From Lophium mytilinum (taxonomy: Eukaryota), in contig MU004194.1 in assembly GCA_010093605.1 (NCBI GenBank), positions 720,323-784,322 on the forward strand: a DNA stretch of 64,000 bases, written 5' to 3'. Positions 23,801 to 34,399 of the stretch are shown piece after piece. Within the stretch, counting starts at the first letter, position 1. Every line of letters starts with the position of its first letter. Under the pieces are notes generated by a model. It ran no database searches. It worked only from the letters and a program-made list of their open reading frames with translations, and had not been told where the DNA came from. The translations under genes were made by a program, and so were the position numbers.

Positions 23801-25979
23801 AGCTGAAGGCTTAGGGCCTCCAGTAAACGCTAGTCCAGCTTTTCCACGGAGGATATTATCCTTCAGAGGATCGGACGCAACATACTTTTCTGGATGGGTT
23901 CGCTTCAGTTTTCCCACTGCGCTTAAAAATTCAGGTTCTTCTTTCTTTTGCCCGTCAGAAGGACCTTGACGAGGTTTCAAGGCAGCACGGAAGTCCTTCT
24001 TTGGCGGGGTACTCGGCTTGGACTTGTTCAGTGACGCTGCGGTGGAAGCGGTGTTAGGGAATCGCGACGCAATGGGCAGCGGCTTGGTCGCAGGCTGGGG
24101 TAGCGGGAGCTTGTTCTCGTCCGGATCTGTAGCCGGTTCTGGCTTCTCTACTTCCTCAGGTGAAGCCGCTTGAGGTGTTGCATCTGTAGTCAAAAAAGTA
24201 GCAGGCTTCGCTTTGGGAGGCGGGATCACGGACTCGACAGGTTCTTGCGGTGGTGCTGAGTCTCGCGATGGGAACTTTGTGATTGGTGCTGTTTCCTTGG
24301 TGGGCGAGGGAAGAGGGGAGCCGGAAGAGAATACTTTTGAGTCAGCAGGGCGGCCGAGATCAACACTACCTCGCTGTTGCTTGAGCCTGCTGATCTCAGC
24401 CATCCATGCTGGTTGCTGAGGAGGTGGAACTTTTGGCTTCGATGAGTCTGGTTTGTTGAGTGCACTCTCTAACCAGCTCGATTTTGTAGGGCTCCATCGC
24501 TTTGAAGGACTAGGAGGGCCATCATCCGGAGATTTACTATCATCACCAAATGTTGATGCAACGGATTTTCCTCTCGAGTGATGTGGAAGGGCAGGCTTCA
24601 CGAAAGTGTCTTTGGAGCCAATATCATTGAAGTCGCCAAAGCCTTTTGTAATAGTAAGATTACTGGAACTTGAGGTAGGTCGCGAGGTCGGTTCCATAGA
24701 GTTGCCACGGCTGAGACTACTGGGTCTAGAATCCAGCTTTGGTATGTTGCCAGCTCCACTAATGCCTCCGGGAGAGACGCCGCGGTTACTTGCAGTAGAG
24801 CCGTGGCGACTCAGGCCTGGCGGTCCCTGGGCACTGAATCTCTTGCTCTGGCTGTCAGTGCGCTTGAGCATGGCACTCTGCACGAAGCCACCCAAGCCCT
24901 TGGTAGGAGAAGCTGGGCGGTCCACTCGCTCGGGAGAAATGCGCCCTTGGGACGGCGACATTGCAACAGTTCTACCTAAGCCTGACTGCTCACCGCTGTC
25001 CCTTACTGGAGGTTGATCTGGCGGCGGCATACTGAACTTTTGAGTGTCTAAAGTGGGGAGAGGGGACTTCTTGCCCATGAGGTCGCCGTCTCCGCCGGAT
25101 ACGGACGTGTTTGCGGAGAATCGATTGCTCCACGCAGCACTGCCCCGGACGGAGCTTCCTCGTGACGGCGAGCTGGAGCGGAAACTCTCCGGTGGGGGGC
25201 TTGATGCTTCTGGCTCTGCAGTAGACTCGCGCGACAAGCCGGGCAGCTGTCGCCGGCCTGATATTGATCCCACATCGCTTGCCGAGTCTTCCTGGCTCCG
25301 CCTGTATGCCGCCGAGCCGACGCCTCTGTCCGCCGTCTGTCTGAACCATGCAGGGTCTTTTGATCCCAGAGATTGTGCGATCTTGTCTCTGTTTATACCC
25401 GAGTCCTCTGGCGATGTGGGCTCTGGTGTTTCACGCGGCGACTGCGTGGCGCTCTTCTCCGCGGCCACCATGGAGAGCGGTCGTCGCGCGCCAGATTGAG
25501 GCCTCCGCTGCTGCCATGAAAGTGTACCGGACCGTGTAGGCATGCCGACGCTGGATGTTGAGGGCTTCTTGGGCTCCTCGTCTAGGGGGGCGGCCGGGGA
25601 ACCGGTCAAGGCCCGCAGCGAATCTTCGCGCGATGATCGGTCGGATGGAGGCTCCATGACAGGCGTGGGGGATTCGGCGGCCTTTTCGTGTATGCTTCTC
25701 GGGGTGCCGGCGGCAGAGCGTTGGGATTGCGGCGTGTTGGTTTTTTCGGGGGAGAGAGATCGAGCGCGTTCTGTTGAAGCCATCAGCTCGACCACAACAC
25801 ACACAGGGCCCCTTCTGCCAGCACATACCTGCTCTTCGCGCCAGTCTCTCACTGCGGCCCTGTATAATCTCTTCTTCCAGCTTGCGCACGCGCTCGGCGT
25901 CTTGTTGATCTCGCTGCTCCCCTAACTGCCTGATTCTCTGGACGAATTCCGTGGGATCCAGCTCATCGGCGGCAGACAT
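20824..25979 (-). CDS. DUF4045 / C-terminal gelsolin-repeat actin-binding protein (exons 25979-25829, 25770-21183, 21109-20824)
   Basis: N-terminus FVQRIRQLGEQRDQQDAERVRKLEEEIIQGRSER, motifs LSWQQRRP, KDPAWFRQTADRG, PTKGLGGFVQSAM, KRWSPTKSSWLESAL; gelsolin-like EVYLWAG, QGKETPYFFEALGG, VFLWRGAG, VFVLDAFFEIY. Two canonical introns. Confidence 0.85.
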
Positions 25980-26384
25980 GATGGTGAAGAGCACGACGGA
26001 CCCCCGTACAACCTACGACGCGCGTGGGGGAATGGAGAGGAGATCCTGGGAGGGCTTCAAAGCTAAACAGCCTCTGTTATATTGGCGTCTTCGGTTACCT
26101 CATGCTTGGCCGGAGCTCCCTGTAAGATGTTGGGCAGTCACGTTTAAGGGGCCGGAGGAGAGAACTATAACACTGCGAGCACCCAACACACAACTCCAAT
26201 GGCATTCTGATTCACTATTGCTATGTCTACGCTCGCCATGACCGCCGCGGTCTCGTCCCAAACATCGGTTTCGCTGGCCTGACGCGCCTCGAAACGGATA
26301 CCTGTCACGCTATGCTGCTTCTAGAGCAAGCGGAAAAGCTTGACGACAGGCCCGTCGCGCCCTTGCAGGAGTAGAATATCGGAT

Positions 26385-27194
26385 TCAGAAGAGGAACAAG
26401 CGGTCCTTTGCGTCCTGCACCACCCATTGGAGCCCTTCCTGGAGGTTCATGCCCGTCATCGCGCTGCACGCCATAATGGTCCATTTGTGCGTCTTGATCG
26501 AGTCCAGATGGAGTGCCTGTGTCTTGTTATTGGTCGAAACATTCCGGAAGTCAGCCCGCCTACCAGCCGCACGTCGTCCTCTGTCATGGATCCAGACACG
26601 TCGCTCTTGTTCTTGAACACGAGGAGACTTGCGCCCATCAGACGCTGTGATACTGGCTTAGCCATGCACGAAGCCTGAACGCATCGAGAGAGTCGAGAGA
26701 CGCACCTCTTCCAGCAGCAGGCCCTCCAGCTCGCGGCGACAGTCGTCGATACGCTCCCTGTCAGTCGCGTCAACCACCCAGATGAGCGTGTCCGTCTTCT
26801 CGAAGTAGTTCTTCCAGTAAGTCCGCAGTGTCTTTTGCCCGCCGACGTCCCCTTCCTGTGTCAGCCGGCGCGTGAATGGATAGTATGGTGCAAATACAGA
26901 TGTTCAGCTTGTATCTTGTTGGTGTAAGTAGATTTATCTCATCAGCCATAAATTGAAGCAAGTACGCACCCGTCGTACTCGATCGTCTTGATAATGAAGC
27001 CTAGAGTTGGACTGACGCTATAGACGTCTTCATTCATGATCTTCTTGACGATGGTGGTCTTTCCCGCGCTATCAAGCCCACTGCACAGAAGTCAGCCTCC
27101 ACGACGGAGCAGACGCGCTTGAATCAAGCACCCACAGCATCAAGATCCTCATCTCCTTGTCCTTGAGCCTCGCTTTCCGTAAAATGGACAACAT
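26385..27194 (-). CDS. ARL2: ADP-ribosylation factor-like GTPase 2 (Cin4/Alp41 orthologue), 6 exons
   Basis: [61 protein letters not shown]-terminal RLFLF. Five short GT-AG introns, including one after a 17-nt exon. Confidence 0.95.
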
Positions 27195-28563
27195 TCTGAA
27201 TTATGCGGTGAAAGGTGATGTTCAGTTACCTCTAGCGACTGCAGACGAGTGGGCGAACTTCATGCTCGGCAAAACCTTCCTTCAGTCTCTCAACCCCTAT
27301 CCCCGAGAGACGTCAAATTCTTCTATCATTTTAGCTCACGAGACTCGGGTTAAAGTCTAGTAAGAATAGGCAAGTACGCCTCTTCTGCTACTTTTGCATG
27401 TACCACGTCAATATCCTTGATTTGTGCAGTATCACGACCCCAAATATGCATCTTAGCAGTAATGATTAAGTAAACCATTCCCATTTGATACTTCGAGACG
27501 CCCTCTCTACGCAAACCAGTTGTGTAGATCTCAGCGAGCCTGGCTAGATCCTACACCCCAAGACAACTAGCATGTAAATCCCCGTGCATGGTGTTACCTA
27601 GACACACAAGTACTAGTCACTCAATATCAGACCGTGCATTCCATTGTTCAATCTTATTGTCGCAGCTATAGTGCCTGGTTCCAACCGTTCACGAGTGAGT
27701 GTGCGCACTACATGGCGATGGCCGAGGTTCTTCAATGCATCTCCAAAAATCACCAAGATGGCAAGGTTTGTCACGCAAACTAGGTAAGCTTCTGATCCCT
27801 CGGCTACTTGCTTGAGCCACGCCAGGCAATAGCAGGCAGAACTTAAGAGAGCCGTAGCAGTAGTTCATTAGGATGTGAATCTAATGAGTCTGTTGAATGC
27901 TGCTGATTGCTGCTGATTGCTCCGATTGGTCGGGGCATTCTCCATGCAGAGCCACGGGTTGACCTTTCCTAGCGGCATCGGCTCCTGCAAACCCACAGCT
28001 TCGACTTTCTCAAGGACACTTTTCTACTCAAGGCACTGTTAGTAGAGTAACAGCTTTCATCTCTTCCCAGCTTAACTATCTACTTGTCTTCCAAAAAGTC
28101 GATAGCTAGAGAATGACCATCACGAAGACTGAAGACATGCCAGCCATGACCCGGACTAAAGGTATGCCGCCCCTCACCGTTTCCCAGCCTTCCTACTCAC
28201 CTCATGATTCCAGGAGAGGTTCCAGGAGAGTCTCCAGAAGAGATTCACCCAGTGTTCGCCAGTATCGCGCAGGCCCCAGCAGCCTCGCTTGTCATCGCAC
28301 CTGCACCTGCCGTGCAGGAGGCTCCAACTCAGACGCGGCGGAGGCCCAAGCGGCGACAATACAAAAAGCTAGCGCTCGACTCTATTGTAGAGCCCGAAGT
28401 TCCTATTGTTCTGCCAAGCCTCGTGCCCGTGACTTCAACCTCACCTCACCACCTCTCAACACCACCTGTCAACACCACGACTTCCTACATCAACGATCTT
28501 AAGCAGCTTAACGACGCACCCTCCGCCCCTCGCGGACGTCGACGAAAGCGAAAGTCAAAGAAC

Positions 28564-30516
28564 ATGGCGACTGTTTCAATCCCCCCTCACTTGCGATACA
28601 AAAAAAGCGCGACGAACCCAGCTCCGACGGCCTCCAACAATCCGCCTCCAGCCGGCACGACCGCAGCGTCCAAGGGCATCACTAATGGAGTTGCTCCCTC
28701 TGACCAGCCCAAGCAGCAGGCTAAGCAGTCTACGCCTGCAGGCTTGACCCAGTCACGATACGCAGTTGGCGGCGCGGTCAAGAACGTACCCGAGTAAGTT
28801 CGAGATCTTCATCATACCTTCCCCCTTCACACATGCAATTTTGGCTGATGCGGTCATAGACAACCTCCAAAGAAGGATAGCGCGATCAGTCTGCAGGCTC
28901 TCCCGACTCCGCCCGTCAGTCCAGCACAACCAGTAGCTCCTCCAGCCGCGTCGTCTCCGGTTCCTACGCCCAATCCGACTACAAATGCGGCTGCCGCCTC
29001 TCCGGCTAAAGCGACTCGTGTTCCTCCGGCCAAAGCAAATCCTGTTGCTTCTGCTACCGCGGCCCCGGCCTCTTGGACCAACACGACTCCTGCGCAGAAT
29101 GGTGGAGCGAAAAACGGGTCATTCAATTCGCCATGGCAAGGACGCGCGACAAACCAGGGCCCCAGGCCGCGAGCGGAGCGTTTCCCCAAGTCCAAGGCGA
29201 TGCGACCACCAACTGATGAAGAAAGCGACGGAGGAGTTTCGTTCAAGTCGGACAGTAACGGCGACCCTAACCATGACATTCGCAAGCTTACGGATTGGGA
29301 CGGCAATTGGTTACCAGCTCCTATAGAGTGGGAGGGCAGACGTGGATTCTCAGACCGCAACTTTTCCAGCCGTGTCGAGGGCTGGATTGTCAAGACCGAG
29401 AAGTCCTATCGAAACCTGGAGATTATAGACACCAGTGCTCCCAGATTCTTGTCTCAAGATAATGGAGATGTTGCGCCTAGGGTCTGGATTCCGCAAACGA
29501 TCGACGCTGAGTCTCCGGGAGCTTTCTGGAGGACTTATCAGTCGCGAGCACCGCCACCCATGTCAGACTTTGATCCGGACGACCTTCCTTGGTGGGAGAA
29601 GTACGAATCACCAACATCGAGCCTGCTGAAGTCTATCGAAGTTCCCAATGCATTTCTCGACCGTGAGGATCCTACGTACGCGAAAGCACAGCAAGACAAT
29701 GGCGCTGTGGGAGCGATCAAGAGACGCGAGCATCTACTGAAGGCAAAGCACGCCAGAACGGCTGCCAAGAGAAGACACCAGCTAGCAGAAAGCAAGGCTG
29801 CCGCAGCGATGTACGCTGATCACCCAGAACCACCTGACAACAGCCTCCATCCGAAGGGTAATATTTTCGTGCGCCCAGCTTATCCCGCCGACATGGAACA
29901 AGTCCGGGACATCTACAATCACTATGTCATGCACACCATTCAGAGTCCAGAGTACGAGCCCCGTACCCGAACCCATATGGTCAACCGAATCACGGATATT
30001 ACCAATAACCACCTCCCTTACATCGTCGCCATCGACAGGTCTCACAAAGGTCCCAATAGTGGGCTCAGGCATCTCCCGGAACGTATTGTTGGCTTCGCAA
30101 ATGCTGACGACTACTGCCACCCCGGTTCCATGTATCGCTTTACCGTGGAGATGGAGCTTTACGTCCACCCTGAATACAGCCACAAAGGTGTCGGAAGCTG
30201 CTTGTTGGACAAACTTCTCGACCTCCTAGACAACGGGTACCGCGCACGAGGGGGGTACGACTGGTACGCGAAGCCAGACTACAGATCAGACGGCCAGCGC
30301 GTTGTGAAGACAGTCAACGTGCAAGTCCCGTACGACCACAACAACACCTATGTTATTGAATGGATCAAAGCATGGCTCAAGGCGTTTGGCTTCAAGGCTG
30401 CCGGAGATATGTACCGCATGGGCTACAAGAACAACACCGTCATCAACGTTGCTATCTTCCAGTTCGCCACAAGCGAGTTCATCGACCCGCGCGAGCGTCC
30501 CAGCAACCCACTGTAA
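28564..30516 (+). CDS. GNAT-family (phosphinothricin acetyltransferase-like) protein with a long disordered N-terminus (intron 28794-28859; in-frame upstream ATG at 28204)
   Basis: VRPAYPADMEQVRDIYNHYV, IVGFANADDY, YRFTVEMELYVHPEYSHKGVGSCLL (acetyl-CoA-binding motif A), KAFGF. Start aacATGg gives MATVSIPPHLR. Confidence 0.85.
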
Positions 30517-31433
30517 GTTCTCATACTACACCCACCATATACCCAACTCCCCAATCTGCATCCTGGCTTGCAAATGACCCAAAGATTCCCTGCTTTCCTT
30601 TTTTGATTCCCTACGATTCCTTTACGGCCCTGAGAGAGAAGTTTTCCTTTCTTTTCTCATGGCTATGCACGTCTAAGATGACGGGCCTTCTCGGGTCTTG
30701 TTTCTAGGGATCTGCTATTACGGCAGAGATACACGGGGCAAGGGCTTCTGAAAGCTGGCTGGAAAGCTGGCGAGATACAGCACCTCCGGGTGCTCTTTCT
30801 GGGTGTTTTACGGTTGCCTTTCTTTTCTAAATTCTACAATGAGTATTTACTCAATCGGATCACAAAATTCTGCTTGCACTCACCTTCAATCTTTGGGTCA
30901 ACTCGGTGATGATGTGTCGTGAAGGTCGCCGGTGCACTGACTCTTTCTGGAAATCGTGCCTACTCGTCAATGACGCAGCTATGGTCATCCCTCACGTTCC
31001 GTTAAGGTATATTGTTTCAGATCAATGGCGTGAGTGGACACGCTGCGATCCGTCACGCTCATATTCCCTCTTTGAAATGACGGCAGGGGTATGACTTCGT
31101 TTCTGAGCGATCAAAGCTCGAAACCCAGAGGTTGCACACGCTTGGAAGTGCTGAAACAGTCATGTCCTTCTAAATTCAGTGTCGTGGAGTCGAAACGAGT
31201 AGTAATGACTCTTCTTTCTAGGACGATTATAAAAGACTTCTCCTGTGAAGGTACATACTTCCTGCTTTCCCTACCAACTACAATATCTTGCCATCTAATC
31301 TCATCGATACGACTTACACTACCCAACAACCCACATTTCAAGAACCTTTGCGACACCTTTTATCCACACCACACCTTTGCTCAAACCAAGATCTCATATC
31401 AAGACCACATACTCCCAAGACACTTGAATCACT

Positions 31434-31910
31434 ATGTCTTCCCGAACCCCCCTACGGTTAGATCCTGGCACACCCTTCACAATCAAGGTCAACTATAACG
31501 AAGAGGACCAACCCGGGCAGCACGGCGAATTCATTTTCCAGGTCGAGCCATCCAGCCTCGCACCCGAAGTTCGCTGCTCTCATCTCAAAGGCGGGAGCAC
31601 AAACTGTGAAAGTGGTACATGCTATTGGTGGTTGCGCGGGGCATCCCTGTTCTATTACGCGACGACTGCGGTGATCTTTGAGTGCGAGAACAGAGCGTGT
31701 GCGGGCCATCCAGGTCGCTTTAGGAGGTGTGATACAGACCAGTCATTGATCTTCATGGGGAAGGATGCGGATCCTGATAAGTTGAGGAATCAGGAGTGGA
31801 AAGAGCATAACATTTATTCATATGAAGATGGTTCTGGAAATGAGAATTTGGACGCGACGATCAAGGAGGTCAGGGCCGAAAGAGACATGAGGAAGATTGC
31901 TGCGCCGTAG
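31434..31910 (+). CDS. Hypothetical 158-aa Cys/His-containing protein
   Basis: Single-exon ORF with normal amino-acid composition, C/A-rich leader and G/T-rich trailer like neighbouring genes. Family not recognised. Confidence 0.6.
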   Translation: MSSRTPLRLDPGTPFTIKVNYNEEDQPGQHGEFIFQVEPSSLAPEVRCSHLKGGSTNCESGTCYWWLRGASLFYYATTAVIFECENRACAGHPGRFRRCDTDQSLIFMGKDADPDKLRNQEWKEHNIYSYEDGSGNENLDATIKEVRAERDMRKIAAP

Positions 31911-32464
31911 GAGGTCGAGGGGCGAAGGAGGGGAAGAGGGAGGAGTTTTGGGATTAGCGAGTGGGCTTTGTGTTGGAGTTGTACAGGGTTTGAATATTCG
32001 GTCCTGCGAGTTGTGGAGGATTGTCTGGTTTTGTTTCTGAATGGTGGTTTAGGGGTGCATGTTTTTCTTTTTCTACATATGGCTACTAGATTATGTGATT
32101 GGTCTATTTTACACTACTACAGTCGAGAATAGCCCCAGTAGCTCGTGCTCTTGGTACCGATGTAAATATTGTTTTCTCGGTCCTTCGCAAATGGTTTCAC
32201 GTCAGTACTAAGCCAGCGACTTTACGCATCAACCCTTCCCAACTCAACTAGCTAAGTGAAGGCGGATCAAGGTGCAACGCAGATTCCTCTGCGATAAGGT
32301 GAGGGAAATGAAAGGACTGTTTCAACAGGAGAGTCAGACTTACGAGATTCTATTGGTCTTATACAGCCGAGGAGACGCGGAGGTAGCTTCTCTCGCTAGG
32401 CATGAAAAAAGTGGCACACTCATCAAGATCTGTTTCTTGTGGTCGTGTGTACACCTATCTACCA

Positions 32465-33232
32465 ATGCTTAGAGTACTTCAACAAGTTTCTAGATAGCCC
32501 ACAGCTGAGACGTTCTACCTCTTCTATATTCAACAGGCTGTATTAAAGCACCTAAACAGCGGCAGACAAGTATATAAGGTGTTTGCTTGGTTCTTAAGCT
32601 ATCACACCCTAGCAGAGGAAGAGATCAATCTACCCGTCCCTACTAGTCATCCTGCCAAGACGGCGCTCGTCAAGATAGACCATAGAGCAACTCTAGGCAT
32701 AATCAGAACAGCAATTACTAATAGAGCGGACAACGTTATCTAATCCTTATTCTATAGCCGGCCAGTGGGTATAAAGGACATTGCTACGATTAGCGGCGAA
32801 TGTAAAGACCCACAATAGGTTATATATGCGAACTCTCTCTGCTCGGAAACAGGAGACGGACTCTAGCTATACGGGGTCCGCCGGACGGAATTCAGCATCA
32901 CGGCCGTACAATCATGGGTTCCGGGCGCGATCAACTCAGCACAGAAGCTCTATGACTTTTGGCACGATCACAACGCCACTCCGTGCCTTGTCAAGTTGGT
33001 CGTCTTTGACGGCGAGCTGGTATCCGAGGTCGTATTGCGGTTAGCGGAGACGCTAATGATGCTATTGTTGTGCTTACTAGCGATACCGTTCATATACTCT
33101 CTCCCCGAGTGTCCGGATTGGGTGGCGCGGTCAGGCCCTCTTCCATGGACGCAACTTAACGACAATTGGCCACTCTATCCTCTCGGTTTTGATACGGGGC
33201 GTGAGCAGAGCGGGACTGCCAAGCTAAGATAA
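32465..33232 (+). pseudogene. RIP-type pseudogene of unknown family
   Basis: One frame of 256 codons from ATG 32465 with only four internal stops, all TAG/TAA (32495, 32741, 32816, 32864), each one C>T from a Gln codon. TpA-rich. Confidence 0.5.
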
Positions 33233-34399
33233 AGTATCCGTGGTGAATTCACTATTCGTGTCTACGGGAAATGCACCCATATCGCTATTGGTGAGGCAAG
33301 CCCGTTCCGGTTCTTCTACCGGTCGTGCGAAAGTACAATCTCAAGATTGGAGACACCGTACACTTGTCTTAGTTGTTTAACAATCATGATGAATCTCGTT
33401 GATGGGCGCTAACGGCTATAAAGGAAGACAAGTCCTTTACCTTCAGCATTAAGCTAATGTGTGCCGGCGGTAGCGGATGGTTGCACACTATGTCAAGAAA
33501 GATTGAACAACTCAATGACTTCGTTACCAGGCTCTAAGCGCCGAATTATGGGGTGTCAGCAGCGCATTGCACTAGTCTTATATTTTTCCTTTCTTTTGGG
33601 TAGTTCACCAGCATCTTGGCATTGAGCACTAGATAAATATAGTCCAGACGAGCATAATAGTAGCATGTAACTTACGCAGATGCAATATGTGTAGCAATAA
33701 ACTTAGTTACCAGTCTAAACTTGAGATGCATTGTTCCCGCAAAGCAGCTATTCGATACACTCGTGAGACCCTCGCGGACGTACGATAAGCTGGAGAATGA
33801 GATGTCAAAGGGCCAAACATTGTGAAATGAACCATGGCTTGGGGAGTAGTCATATATTCTACCAAGTTTTTGATCAAGGACGTAATTACAACGTGTTAGA
33901 GTAAGCGCACTACTACACTCGGAATACTCGTGAGACTCTCTTGAACGAACGATAAGCTGCAGAATGCGATGTTGAGGGCCGGACGCTGTGGATGAAGCAT
34001 TGCTTGTAGAGAGGAGCGATCTGCACGTGGAGCAATGCCGAACATCACGTGCCACTGGGTCGGTTTAGCGCTGTTTTAGCTGTTTCGAGCTCCATCGACT
34101 ATGTTCCAACATCAGTCAGCTGCAGTACTTCCCACTCGCCGCTCCGCTGCTCCCGTCACTGCTCCTTCATTGCTCTTTCACTGCTCCAACCTCTCTGCTT
34201 GCGTGCATCTTTTCCAGCACCTCAAAGACTGCTGTTAACAGCTTCGTGTGCCCCGCACTTCGTCACATCAACGTAGCCTTCTACACGCGCAGCCGTCCAT
34301 TTGCCACGATCTCCAGCTGTACAACGCCCCGTGGGAGTAGGCAAGCTGGGGAAGAGAAGGATTTCGAGTGAGGACCTTGGTCGTCCACTCAAGAAAGCT

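Noticed and set aside
27055..27080. ARL2 P-loop reads GLDSAGKT instead of the usual GLDNAGKT
   Set aside because: The change is at a variable position of GxxxxGKT and all other GTPase motifs are intact.
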